This document shows positions 46,038-55,282 of a DNA stretch of 64,000 nucleotides, piece by piece. Location of the stretch: NCBI GenBank assembly GCA_963703155.1, contig OY969796.1, positions 3,509,875-3,573,874 of the forward strand, written 5' to 3'. The position numbers and the translations under genes are program-made. This DNA comes from an uncultured Chloroflexia bacterium (GTDB taxonomy: Bacteria > Chloroflexota > Limnocylindria > Limnocylindrales > CSP1-4). The notes beneath the pieces are model-generated. The model was not told the origin of the DNA, did not search any database, and saw nothing but the letters and a program-made list of their open reading frames with translations. Every line of letters starts with the position of its first letter. Position 1 is the first letter of the stretch.

Positions 46038-46547
46038 CTACAGCCGCCGGATCTCCTCGCTGATGCCGGACAATGCCCGGGACAGGCCGACGTAGGCGTC
46101 CTTCCGCGCGGTCAGTGCGGCGTGGACGCGTCCCATCGCCTGGGCACCGTCCACCTCCCCGCTCTCCTCGAGGAGCGGGGGCCTCGCGGCATCTTCACGG
46201 TGGAACTGGGCGAGATCGGCGACGCGGTTCTGGTACCGCCGGATCTGGTCGCGGACCTGCGGGCTGGCGATCCGGTTTCGCGCTTCCGCCACCCGGTGGT
46301 CGAGGTCGAGGTAGCGCTCATAGGCCATGGCGTCGCCAGCCGATTCCGCGGCCTTCTGGAGCTCCGGGAGCAGCTGTGGGAGCTCCTGGAGCAGTTGCCG
46401 CTGGTCGGCGCGCCGCCGTGAGGCCAGCCGCTTGGCCCGAGCCGACACGACGCGACTGACTGGTCGGGTGGCCAGCCCGGCGACATAGGCGAGCGCGACC
46501 AGGCCGCCAATGGCCACGACGAGCAGCCACCTGTCTAGATCGGACAA
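46038..46547 (-). CDS. Hypothetical membrane-anchored coiled-coil protein
   Basis: N-terminal TM (WLLVVAIGGLVALAYVAGLA) then a charged helical region. High GC3. The start is uncertain (TTG/GTG). Confidence 0.45.
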   Translation of the reverse strand: MSDLDRWLLVVAIGGLVALAYVAGLATRPVSRVVSARAKRLASRRRADQRQLLQELPQLLPELQKAAESAGDAMAYERYLDLDHRVAEARNRIASPQVRDQIRRYQNRVADLAQFHREDAARPPLLEESGEVDGAQAMGRVHAALTARKDAYVGLSRALSGISEEIRRL

Positions 46548-46662
46548 CCCGCCACCTGTCTCAGATGCCTGTGAGCCGGTTCCCCAGCCGGCCGCTGCGC
46601 GTCAATGATCCCACCGTGACCGCGGACGCGAGGGGCGCTCTCGACTGTCCCGGCCACCCATC

Positions 46663-46917
46663 ATGGGATACTGCGGCGCGGACCTCGGGATCTTCACCTG
46701 CGACCGCGGGCTGCAGCCCTTCTACGAGTCCGCGGGCTGGAGCCATCTGCCGGGATCGGTCCTTGTCGGCGGCAGCCCCGAGGCCCCCTTTGCGAGCGAC
46801 CAGTTCGACAAGGTCACGATGGCCTCGTTCTTCACGGAGCGCGCCGTGGCGGCGGCCCCCGGCTTCGTCGGGGCCCGGATCGAGCTCTACCCGGGCGACA
46901 TCGACAGGCTGTGGTGA
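46663..46917 (+). pseudogene. Possible C-terminal fragment of a GNAT acetyltransferase (N-terminal half absent)
   Basis: ...GYCGADLGIFTCDRGLQPFYESAGW... resembles GNAT motif B. An in-frame stop 57 nt upstream leaves no room for the rest of the domain. Confidence 0.35.
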
Positions 46918-46949
46918 CAGGACGCAGGACGGACAGCGAGGAGGGCACG

Positions 46950-47294
46950 ATGGGCGATGAGCAGGTGGCGCCGCAAACCAGGGGCGTCACGGTGGAGCTT
47001 CTTGCGACGGTCGACCTCACCGGCGAGATCGAGGGCATGGCAGGCCGGCAACTTCGGATGCGCATGGTGACCATCGAGCCTGGCGGCGTCTTCGGCCCGG
47101 TCCACGACCACAAGGGCAGGCCGGGGACCGTGTACATCCTGCAGGGGACGATCACCGACCACCGGGACGGGATCGACACGGACTACGGGCCTGGCGTGGG
47201 CTGGCCCGAGGACCGGAACACGAACCACTGGCTGGAGAACCGGGGAGCGATCCCGGCGGTGGAGGTCTCGGTCGATATCGTCCGGCAGGAGTGA
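46950..47294 (+). CDS. Cupin-domain protein
   Basis: ...MVTIEPGGVFGPVHDHKGRPGTVYILQGTITDH.... GAGGAGGG SD. Confidence 0.65.
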   Translation: MGDEQVAPQTRGVTVELLATVDLTGEIEGMAGRQLRMRMVTIEPGGVFGPVHDHKGRPGTVYILQGTITDHRDGIDTDYGPGVGWPEDRNTNHWLENRGAIPAVEVSVDIVRQE

Positions 47295-47297
47295 GGG

Positions 47298-48257
47298 CTA
47301 CAACTCGATACCGGAGTTTTGCAGGAAGTCGACGAGCCCGCTGAAGTAGACCTCCTGGTCGTCGTACATCGCAAGGTGGCTCCCGTTCGGGCAGTACAGG
47401 TACCGGCCCCTCGGGAGTCGGCCCGCCATGGTGGCCATGAACGCCGGATCCATCGTGTCGTGGCGGGCGCCGATCACGAGCGTCGGCACCCCGATGCGCC
47501 CGAGATCAGCAGTGCGGTCCCAGTCGAGCAGGCTTCCGCTCAGCCCGAGCTCGCTGGGTCCCTGCATCGAGACGTAGATGGCCTGGTTGATCTTGGCGAA
47601 CATCCGGGCGACGGGTTCGGGCCACTCGGCCACCGGCATGCGCAGCACGTGCTCGACGTAGTGGTGCTCCAGGAGCAGCTGCATGTACCGGGGATTGGCG
47701 GTGTCCCCTCGCGCCTCGAGGCCCTTGATCTCCGCCAGCGCGGCCTGGTCCATCGCCGGCATGAGCACGCTCTCGGCGTACGCGTTGTAGGCGCGGCAGC
47801 TCGACATCATGTTCGAGATGACGAGTCCGCTGAGCGCGTCCCCGTGGTGCAGGGCGTACTCCATGGCGAGGATGCCGCCCCAGCTGTGGCCGAGCAGGAA
47901 GAAGTTCGAGCGGTCGAGGCCCAGGGCGATCCGGACCTGCTCGACCTCGTCGACGAAGCGGTCGAGCTCCCACAGGTCGGGGTCGTCGGGCTGGTCGCTG
48001 TACGCCGAGCCCAGCTGGTCGTAGTAGTAGTACTCGATGCCGGCGGCGGGCAGGTAGCTGTCGAAGGCCTCGAACGCCTCGTGCGTTCCGCCCGGGCCGC
48101 CGTGGAGCAGCAGCAGCTTCACGCTCGGGTTGTTGCCGACCCGCTTGGTCCACACCCGGAAGGTGCCCTTGGGCGTCGTGATGGGGATCATCGTCGCCCC
48201 GCCGCTCAGCCGGTCAGGCCGACCCGAATAGTCGAGATAGGGGTTCGTCGTGGGCAT
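47298..48257 (-). CDS. pip: Proline iminopeptidase (alpha/beta-hydrolase, S33)
   Basis: ...LLLLHGGPGGTHE...LLGHSWGGILAMEYAL... (GxSxG nucleophile). GGGAG SD before the ATG at 48257. Confidence 0.85.
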   Translation of the reverse strand: MPTTNPYLDYSGRPDRLSGGATMIPITTPKGTFRVWTKRVGNNPSVKLLLLHGGPGGTHEAFEAFDSYLPAAGIEYYYYDQLGSAYSDQPDDPDLWELDRFVDEVEQVRIALGLDRSNFFLLGHSWGGILAMEYALHHGDALSGLVISNMMSSCRAYNAYAESVLMPAMDQAALAEIKGLEARGDTANPRYMQLLLEHHYVEHVLRMPVAEWPEPVARMFAKINQAIYVSMQGPSELGLSGSLLDWDRTADLGRIGVPTLVIGARHDTMDPAFMATMAGRLPRGRYLYCPNGSHLAMYDDQEVYFSGLVDFLQNSGIEL

Positions 48258-48371
48258 GGCAGCCGCTCCCGTCGAGCTACTCCGGATCGCGCCCGATTCT
48301 CGCATGGGCCGGTGGCGGAGCGCGAGGACGATCGGGCACAGGACCATCAACCCTTGACGGACTGGCCGCCC

Positions 48372-48602
48372 ATGCCGACGCTGCGGTGGAAGTTCCGTGG
48401 ACGTTGTGGGGGTCGTCGCGTGGTCAAGGTCGCTCGCAGGGTCGGGATTGCCTTCGGCTCGTTCGTGATCGCGTGGCTTGCGGTGTCGCTCGTGGCGGGC
48501 GTGCTCTTCGGATCCGGGAACGTCCTCGTCTGGGTGATCGCCGCCGTCATCGGTGCCGGCGTCTACCTCGACATCCTGCGGCGCGACCGGCGCGTGCCAT
48601 AG
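48372..48602 (+). CDS. Small two-TM membrane protein (76 aa)
   Basis: ...IAFGSFVIAWLAVSLVAGVLFGSGNVLVWVIAAVIGAGVYL.... It is the tail of a long plus-strand ORF otherwise antisense to pip. Moderate GC3. Confidence 0.35.
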   Translation: MPTLRWKFRGRCGGRRVVKVARRVGIAFGSFVIAWLAVSLVAGVLFGSGNVLVWVIAAVIGAGVYLDILRRDRRVP

Positions 48603-48642
48603 GGTGTCTGGGTCGTTCTTCGAACGGCCATAGACTGGGTCC

Positions 48643-49581
48643 ATGACAGACATCAAGATCGGCGCCCTCTGCTGGAACCAGTACACCGAGTGGCCGAAGC
48701 TGCTCCAGGCCGGCATCCGGGCCGATGAACTCGGCTACGACACCCTTTGGACGTGGGACCACCTCTACCCGATTGTCGGCGACTCGAATGGGCCCAACTA
48801 CGAGGGCTGGCTGACGATCACCGCGTGGGCGCAGGCCACCAAACGCGTCCGAGTGGGCCTCATGGTCGGCGCGAACACCTTCCGAGAGCCGGCCCTGACA
48901 GCCAAGATGGCAACGACGCTCGACCACATCAGCAACGGGCGGGCGATCCTCGGCATCGGCGGGGCGTGGTTCGGGGAGGAGCACGAGGCGTTCGGGCTCG
49001 AGTTCGGGTCGGGCTTCCCCGAGCGGCTTCGCTGGCTGGGCGAGGCCCTCCCGGTGATGCGCGGGATGCTCGACGGGACCCAGCCGTCGGCCGCCGGCGA
49101 CCACTACCACGCGAAGAAGGTGCGGAACCTGCCCGGGCCGGTCCAGGCGCACCTGCCGATCTGCATCGGCGGCGCGGGCGAGCAGGTGACGCTCAAGCTG
49201 GTGGCGAAGTACGGCGACATGTGCAACTTCGGCGGCACGGTCGAGGAGATGGCCCGCAAGGAGGAGATCCTGCTGCGCCACTGCGAGACCGTCGGCCGCG
49301 ACCCGGCGACCATCGAGCGCACCACCGGCATCGGGACCGTCTTCATCCGCGACGACCCGGCAGAGGCGCAGCGCCTGTTCGAGGCCGCCTTCGCCCGCAA
49401 CCGCGTCTCGCGGCTGTGGACCGAGCAGCCGGTCGGCACGGTGGAGCAGGTGGTCGAGAAGCTGGCGCCCAAGGTGCGGCTCGGCTACCGCCACCTTGTC
49501 GCCGGGATCCCGGCCGACTACGACGAGGAGTCGATGACGAGGTTCGCCACGGAGGTCAGGCCGCTGCTCGAGCAGGTCTAG
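48643..49581 (+). CDS. LLM-class F420-dependent / luciferase-like flavin oxidoreductase
   Basis: ...GYDTLWTWDHLYP...RVRVGLMVGANTFREPALTAKMATTLDHISNGRAILGIGGAW... Confidence 0.85.
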   Translation: MTDIKIGALCWNQYTEWPKLLQAGIRADELGYDTLWTWDHLYPIVGDSNGPNYEGWLTITAWAQATKRVRVGLMVGANTFREPALTAKMATTLDHISNGRAILGIGGAWFGEEHEAFGLEFGSGFPERLRWLGEALPVMRGMLDGTQPSAAGDHYHAKKVRNLPGPVQAHLPICIGGAGEQVTLKLVAKYGDMCNFGGTVEEMARKEEILLRHCETVGRDPATIERTTGIGTVFIRDDPAEAQRLFEAAFARNRVSRLWTEQPVGTVEQVVEKLAPKVRLGYRHLVAGIPADYDEESMTRFATEVRPLLEQV

Positions 49582-50220
49582 TCACGCGCCGAGCCCGCTC
49601 GACCCCTCGGCCGCGCGCTCGGCATCGCCCGCCGCCTCCCTGTGCCGCGCCCGGTAGCGGCGCGCCTTCGCGACGTTCCCGCACGAGGTCATCTCGCACC
49701 AGCGTCGTCGGCCAGCGCGCGACGTGTCCTCGAACGCCCACCGGCAGTCGTCGTTCGCGCAGATCCGCAGGCGCTCGGTCGTCCCGGCTGCAACCGCGGC
49801 CAAGAACGGCTCGACGAGGCGCGCCAGGGCCTCGCCCGTGGCGTCGTTGTCCGTATGCCGGTGGCCGACGCCGCAGCGGCCCTCGCCCATCACGAACTCG
49901 ATCCGCGGAGCCTCGCGGAGGACCGCGTTGACGGCGTCGATCGCCGCCGCGTCAGGCTCACGGTGTCCCACCTCAGCGTCCCAGAGCGCCCGGAGCGCGC
50001 CGCGGACGAGGCGGACGCGCTCGAGCCACGGCTGCGCGCCGGCTCGCACCGCCTGTGCGCGGAGAGCGGGCTCGTGGGCGAGTCCGCGCCCGGCCAGGAA
50101 CGCGATGGCGTCGTCCGCCGTCGTGAGGCGCTCGACCGTGGCCCCCTCATCGATCGAGAGGGTGTTGAGGAAGTCGGCCGTCGCGTCGATGCCGACGCCA
50201 TGCGTGTGCTCAGCGGTCAT
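49582..50220 (-). CDS. CGNR zinc-finger (ABATE-domain) putative regulator
   Basis: C-terminal ...RLRICANDDCRWAFEDTSRAGRRRWCEMTSCGNVAKARRYRAR. Confidence 0.8.
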   Translation of the reverse strand: MTAEHTHGVGIDATADFLNTLSIDEGATVERLTTADDAIAFLAGRGLAHEPALRAQAVRAGAQPWLERVRLVRGALRALWDAEVGHREPDAAAIDAVNAVLREAPRIEFVMGEGRCGVGHRHTDNDATGEALARLVEPFLAAVAAGTTERLRICANDDCRWAFEDTSRAGRRRWCEMTSCGNVAKARRYRARHREAAGDAERAAEGSSGLGA

Positions 50221-50241
50221 TGCGTAACCACCTTATCGCAG

Positions 50242-50270
50242 TTGACAGGTTACGCGCAAGCAGGTAGAGT
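50242..50270 (+). promoter_or_regulatory. Sigma-70-like promoter TTGACA-17 nt-TAGAGT embedded in GCGTAACC / GGTTACGC inverted repeats
   Basis: -35 at 50242-47 and -10 at 50265-70. IR arms at 50222-29 and 50248-55, with a further GGTTACGC at 50296-50303. Lies between the CGNR gene start (50220) and the 50440 ORF. Confidence 0.5.
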
Positions 50271-50439
50271 CATAACCGTTCAGATCGATTAGTCCGGTTA
50301 CGCAACGGACCAGCGGAGCCAGTGCCTTGGATCCTCTCAGCGCCCTCGCGCTCCTCGTCCTGCTTGCGCTTGTCGGCCTCGGCGCGGTCGCCGAGAGTCG
50401 TCACATCGATCCCTCCGACCGCCGTTGGGAGCACCACAC

Positions 50440-50679
50440 GTGATGTACCTGCCCATCGCCTTCGAACTCGCCCGCGAGCGCACCCGTGAACTGGAGCGTC
50501 TGGCACAAGCTCGGGAGGCTGCCGAGGTCGCGATGACAGCCAACCCGCGCGGGCCGCGATGGCCGAACCGGGCGCGGCACGCGCTCGCCCGCCCCGTCCG
50601 CGCGTTGAGCGGCGCCTCGCACGCGCTGTCCGAAGCCGCCTGCACGGCCGCGGCGCGCATCGAGGGCACGGCGCCCTAG
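50440..50679 (+). CDS. Small hypothetical protein (79 aa, GTG start)
   Basis: VMYLPIAFELARERTRELERLAQAREAAEV.... High GC3. Confidence 0.35.
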   Translation: MMYLPIAFELARERTRELERLAQAREAAEVAMTANPRGPRWPNRARHALARPVRALSGASHALSEAACTAAARIEGTAP

Positions 50680-50858
50680 CAGGTCGTTTCCACACTCCGT
50701 TGGCCGGTGCCCCCTTGGGCCACCGGCCTTCGTGGCTCGCCGCCCGCTCCCGTGGACATAAGCCGGCGTTACTGGGGCCCGCCCGACCTCGTTATCAGGC
50801 GTCTATCCGCACGAAGCCGTATTGGCGTCCGACCCACCAATGGTTGCGGCTCGCCGTC

Positions 50859-51140
50859 CTAGCGAGCTGCCGCGCCACGCCGGCGCCATGCTCGGGCGAG
50901 GATCGCGAGACCGATCCCGACCAGCCAGATGAGCGGGACGCCGAAGAACGCGAACGTGAGTCGAGCAACTGCGGGGTCATCACTCGCCGGGCACGGAACC
51001 GCCGGATAGTTGAAGAAACAGGCCTGCTGGCCGTCGTAGAGCCTGAGCATGGCTTGTGCCGCCAGGAGAACGGCGATCGCGAGCATGAGGATCGTCCAGA
51101 CCACAGCAACCCGGAGAAGTCTGCCGCGCCGCCCGCGCAT
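50859..51140 (-). CDS. Small two-TM membrane protein (93 aa)
   Basis: MRGRRGRLLRVAVVWTILMLAIAVLLAAQAML...FAFFGVPLIWLVGIGLAIL.... GGGGGA SD 7 nt upstream. Confidence 0.4.
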   Translation of the reverse strand: MRGRRGRLLRVAVVWTILMLAIAVLLAAQAMLRLYDGQQACFFNYPAVPCPASDDPAVARLTFAFFGVPLIWLVGIGLAILARAWRRRGAAAR

Positions 51141-51444
51141 CTCGTGTCCCCCAGGGTCATCCTGACAGAGCGCCATGGTGCGCCAGCCTCCGCATGTGCA
51201 CAAGGGCATCCGCGCCCGTCGCGACGTACCGACCGTCTGGAGCACGGCCGCAGAGACCGCATAACCCACGCGTTGGTGGGTGCGGCGATCGCTGCACACC
51301 CACCAACGATCCGGCGCCGCATAAGCCGGCGATAAGTCGGGGCGCCTAGCATCCACCTCAGGACGGTCGACACCTCGGACGTGCCCCCGATGCGTCGATC
51401 GTCCGGTTGAGCCGCCCGCCACCCCCGCCGGGGAGCCGCCCACT

Positions 51445-52134
51445 GTGGAGCCCTCCAGCGCGCCGTGGCGCGCCATCGACAGCATCGAGCCGTCATCTCC
51501 GCCCGACGAAGAGCGTCGCGGTCGGCCCTGGCTGGCCGTCGCGGCCGTTCTGGCCGCCGTCGCGGTCGCCGTCGGGGCGCTGCTGGTCGCCGCGAAGCCA
51601 GGGCCGAGCGGGGACGGCGGGGGGATCGCGATCACGGAGGCCGGGGTCGCGGACAAGGGGGGATCATCGTCCGCGACCCCGGCATCCTCGTCCCGCCTCC
51701 TCGTCGTGGAGGTGAGCGGCGCCGTGGCGCGGCCGGGCGTGTTCCGGCTGCCGGCGGGCTCGCGGGTGGCCGATGCGATCGACGCTGCCGGCGGCTACGG
51801 GCCGAGGGTGGACGTGCGCGCGGCCGACCGAGCGCTGAACCTGGCCGCGCCACTCGAGGACGGCCAGAAGGTCCACGTCCCCGATCGTGACGAGGCCGGT
51901 GAGCCGTCGGCCGGGGGTGGATCGTCGGGACCCAAGGCAACTGTCGGCGGACCCGTCGACCTGAACCGCGCCACCGAGGCCGAGCTCGACGCACTGCCGG
52001 GGGTGGGTCCAGCCACCGCCGCGAAGATCATCGCCGGTCGGCCCTACGCCTCGCTCGATGACCTCGCGAGTCGCAAGGTGGTCGGGGCGGCGACCCTCTG
52101 CGAAGATCCGCGCGCTCGTCACGGTGGGAGGCTG
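51445..52134 (+). CDS. comEA: ComEA-like DNA receptor (TM anchor, SLBB and helix-hairpin-helix). No stop codon before the comEC ATG (in-frame read-through)
   Basis: ...LLVVEVSGAVARPGVFRLPAGSRVADAIDAAGG...VDLNRATEAELDALPGVGPATAAKIIAGRPYASLDDL.... GTG start with a GGGGAG SD. Confidence 0.75.
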
Positions 52135-54897
52135 ATGCACGGCGCGGGGATCCCCCGGAGTGCCTGGCTCGCGGTCGGGGTGGCTGCCGGCGCGGTGGCC
52201 GCGTCGATCGGGGCCGGGCCTGCCCCCACGCTCGTCGCCGGGCTCCTCGGGCTGGCGCTCGGCGCCCTGCCGATCAGCGACCGACGCCGGATTGTCCCGC
52301 GCGCGGTCACGCCGGCGAGCGTCGGCGCGATGCTGGTGGCCCTCCGCCTGCTGATCGGTCCGCCCGGGAGCGCCGTGCCCGAGCTGGACGGCCTCGGCAG
52401 TCCCCCGTGGACCGCCGAGGTCGTCTCCGTCGGGTCGCCGAAGGACGGGAGCCAGCTGGTCCGCCTCGCGATCCGCACAGACGGCGCGCCGGTGGTGGTG
52501 GCGGCGACGCTGCCCGCGTTCCCGGCGGTTGCGGCCGGTGCCGTCGTTGCGGTGGACGGTCGGCTGGAGCCCCCGCCCGACGACGACCCGTATGGCGAAT
52601 ACCTCCGGCGGACCGGCGCGTCGGGCAGCCTCCGCGCGACGAGCGTGCGGGTCGTGCGCGCTCCGCCGTGGCCGTCCGTGCAAGCCCTGCGCGACGGTGC
52701 CGGCGACGCGCTTCAGCTGTCCCTTCCAGAACCCGAGGCTGGCCTTGCCGCCGGCATCCTGATCGGCCTCCGGGAGCGCGTCGATCGCGCCCTGGCGGCC
52801 GACTTCGCCACCGCGGGCGTCAGCCACGTCGTGGCGATCTCCGGCTGGAACATCGCCATCGTCGCCGCGCTCGTGGCCGCCATGCTCCGTGGCCGGTCGC
52901 GTCGCACGGCCGGCCTGGTGACAGGCGGCGTGATCGTGGGGTACGTCATCGCTGCCGGCGCTTCACCGTCAGTTGTCCGCGCTGGCGTGATGGCCGGCGT
53001 CGTGCTGCTCGCACGGGGGTCGGGCCGCGCCGTCAGGGCGCCGGCGGCGCTCTCGCTCGCGGCGGCGGGGCTGCTCCTCCTGGACCCGGGCCTGGTCGGT
53101 GACGCCGGGTTCCGTTTGTCCGTGCTCGCGACCGCAGGCCTGCTCGCCTGGGCGACGCCGCTGGGCGCGTGGCTCGGGGGGCTCTGGGGCGGCCGAGTCC
53201 CGGGCTGGCTCGCCGAGGGGCTCGGGATCACGCTCGCGGCCCAGGCCGCCACGCTCCCCGATGTGCTCGCGACGTTCGGCCGCCTGTCGGTCGTCGCGCC
53301 GGCGGTCAACCTGCTCGTCGTGCCCATCGTGCCCGCGGCGATGGCGGGCGGAGCCGTGGCGCTCGTCGGTGGATGGCTGGTCCAGCTTGGACTGCCGGGA
53401 CCGCTCGGCATCCTCGTCGGGCTGCCGGGCTGGCTGCTGCTTCGCGTCATCGTGGCCGTGGTTCGGTCCGCGGCCGGGCTGCCCTTCGCCGCGATTGCCC
53501 TCCCGCCGGACCTCACGATCCCCGCCGCGATCGCGGCGCTTGCGCTCGTCGCGGGCGTGCTCCTGGCGGTCCGCTGGCGCCGCCAAGCCCGCGCGCGAGG
53601 ACGCGCCGCGCGAACGCCAACGCGGCGACGGGCGGGCCCCGCGCCGGCTGCCCCGCGCCCGCACATCCGCCCGCCGACTCGCCTCGAGCGCCTCGTGCTG
53701 GCCGGCTCCGCTCTGGTCGTCGCGGTGACGCTCCTGGCCGCTGCCGACGTGGTGGGGCGAGCGGACCGGATCGTCATGCTCGATGTGGGCCAGGGCGACG
53801 CGATCCTCGTGGAGAGCCGCGACGGCGCGCGGATGCTCGTCGACGGCGGGCCGGACCCGGACCGCGTCCTCGCCGAGCTCGACGCCACGCTGCCGCCCTG
53901 GGATCGGCGCCTCGACATCATCGTGCTCACGCACCCCCACGAGGATCACGTCGCGGGGCTGGTGCGGGTGCTCGAGCGCTACCGGGTGGGGCGCGTGTTC
54001 GAGCCGGGGATGCACGGGTCAGGGCCCGGCTGGGCGGCGTGGGACAAGGCGCTCGGGCACGGCCCGCCGCGGGGGATCCTGGCCGCGGGGGCTCGGCTCA
54101 GCCTGGGCGACATCTCGCTCGAGGTCCTCTGGCCGCGGCCCGGAACGGTGCCGGTGGCGCTCGCATCCACGGGCACGGGCATCAACAACACCTCGATCGT
54201 CCTGCTGGGCACGGCGTCGGGCCGCCACTTCCTGCTCACGGGCGACGCGGAGCAGGGCGTGGACCCCGAACTCGTCGTCGCGGGGCTCCCCCGCCTTGAC
54301 GTCCTCAAGGTCGCCCACCACGGCAGCGCCACCGCCACGACCGCTGCCCTGCTCGAGGCCACACGCCCCGCCTACGCGCTCATCTCGGTCGGCGCCGACA
54401 ACGACTTCGGCCATCCCGCGCCGTCAACCCTCGCCAGGCTCCGCGCCGGGGGGGCGCGGGTCCTGCGCACCGACAACGACGGCCGCCTCGAGGCGGTGCT
54501 TCGACCCGACGGCGTCGAGGTCCACGCGGCAGGCGCCAAGCGCACCGCCGCAACCCCCGACACCGGATACGATCGGTCGCATGACCGTCCCGGCGCGCCG
54601 CGAGGCCGCCCGCCTGCTGTTCTCGCTCCATCCACCCGCATGGGCCCTGCGCCACGCCTGCGCCGTGGCCGACGTCGCAGCGTGGCTGGCCGCCCGGGCC
54701 GCCGAACGCGGCGTGCCGTTGGATCGCCATGCCGTGGAGGCGGCAGCCCTGCTGCACGACGTGGACAAGCTGCCTTTGTCGGGCGCGGACCGCCGACTCC
54801 GCCACGGCGAGGGGTCGGCGGCCTGGCTCGCGGCGCGCGGGCTCGACGAGCTGGCGCCACTGGTCCGCGACCACCCGGTCACGTGCCTCTCCGATGA
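52135..54897 (+). CDS. comEC: ComEC/Rec2 DNA internalisation channel with a C-terminal metallo-beta-lactamase domain. The 3' end is uncertain (no stop until 54897, overlapping the next gene by ~300 nt)
   Basis: Polytopic competence domain, then ...IVMLDVGQGDAILVE...IIVLTHPHEDHVAGL...LKVAHHGSATAT.... GGGAGG SD 5 nt before the ATG at 52135. Confidence 0.8.
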   Translation: MHGAGIPRSAWLAVGVAAGAVAASIGAGPAPTLVAGLLGLALGALPISDRRRIVPRAVTPASVGAMLVALRLLIGPPGSAVPELDGLGSPPWTAEVVSVGSPKDGSQLVRLAIRTDGAPVVVAATLPAFPAVAAGAVVAVDGRLEPPPDDDPYGEYLRRTGASGSLRATSVRVVRAPPWPSVQALRDGAGDALQLSLPEPEAGLAAGILIGLRERVDRALAADFATAGVSHVVAISGWNIAIVAALVAAMLRGRSRRTAGLVTGGVIVGYVIAAGASPSVVRAGVMAGVVLLARGSGRAVRAPAALSLAAAGLLLLDPGLVGDAGFRLSVLATAGLLAWATPLGAWLGGLWGGRVPGWLAEGLGITLAAQAATLPDVLATFGRLSVVAPAVNLLVVPIVPAAMAGGAVALVGGWLVQLGLPGPLGILVGLPGWLLLRVIVAVVRSAAGLPFAAIALPPDLTIPAAIAALALVAGVLLAVRWRRQARARGRAARTPTRRRAGPAPAAPRPHIRPPTRLERLVLAGSALVVAVTLLAAADVVGRADRIVMLDVGQGDAILVESRDGARMLVDGGPDPDRVLAELDATLPPWDRRLDIIVLTHPHEDHVAGLVRVLERYRVGRVFEPGMHGSGPGWAAWDKALGHGPPRGILAAGARLSLGDISLEVLWPRPGTVPVALASTGTGINNTSIVLLGTASGRHFLLTGDAEQGVDPELVVAGLPRLDVLKVAHHGSATATTAALLEATRPAYALISVGADNDFGHPAPSTLARLRAGGARVLRTDNDGRLEAVLRPDGVEVHAAGAKRTAATPDTGYDRSHDRPGAPRGRPPAVLAPSTRMGPAPRLRRGRRRSVAGRPGRRTRRAVGSPCRGGGSPAARRGQAAFVGRGPPTPPRRGVGGLARGARARRAGATGPRPPGHVPLR

Positions 54898-55282
54898 CGG
54901 GTTGGCGGCGCGCCTGGCGGCAGCACCGCTCGAGGCCCGCCTCGTCGCGTACGCGGACAAGCGCGCCGGCCAGAGACTGGAGTCAATGGACGAGCGCTTC
55001 GGATCCTGGCGTCGCCGCTACCCCTCGGGGATGGGCGAGCAGGCGAGGCCCGGGAGCGGCGGACCGACGGGAGCCGGCTGGGGCGACGACGTCGCGGCTG
55101 TCGTGGTGGGGCGGGCGCGCGAGCTCGAGCGGTCAGTGTGCGTGGAGCTGGGCATCGCGCCCGAGGACGTCGGGCGGCTGCGCTGGTCGAGGCGCGCGCT
55201 TCGCGGGGCCGCGACGGACGGTGGGGACGAGGCGCCCGCGCGGCCGGGTGCTGCTCGCCGGGTCGCAGGAGCAGGACGGTGA
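54581..55282 (+). CDS. HD-domain hydrolase (YqeK-like)
   Basis: ...ALRHACAVADVAAWLA...AALLHDVDKLP...VAYADKRAG.... Its stop overlaps the holA GTG (GTGA). Confidence 0.65.
   Translation: MTVPARREAARLLFSLHPPAWALRHACAVADVAAWLAARAAERGVPLDRHAVEAAALLHDVDKLPLSGADRRLRHGEGSAAWLAARGLDELAPLVRDHPVTCLSDDGLAARLAAAPLEARLVAYADKRAGQRLESMDERFGSWRRRYPSGMGEQARPGSGGPTGAGWGDDVAAVVVGRARELERSVCVELGIAPEDVGRLRWSRRALRGAATDGGDEAPARPGAARRVAGAGR

Noticed and set aside
50270-50695. 141-aa minus-strand ORF overlapping the CGNR promoter region and the 50440 ORF
   Set aside because: Arg-rich translation lying antisense to a promoter and to a higher-GC3 plus-strand ORF.
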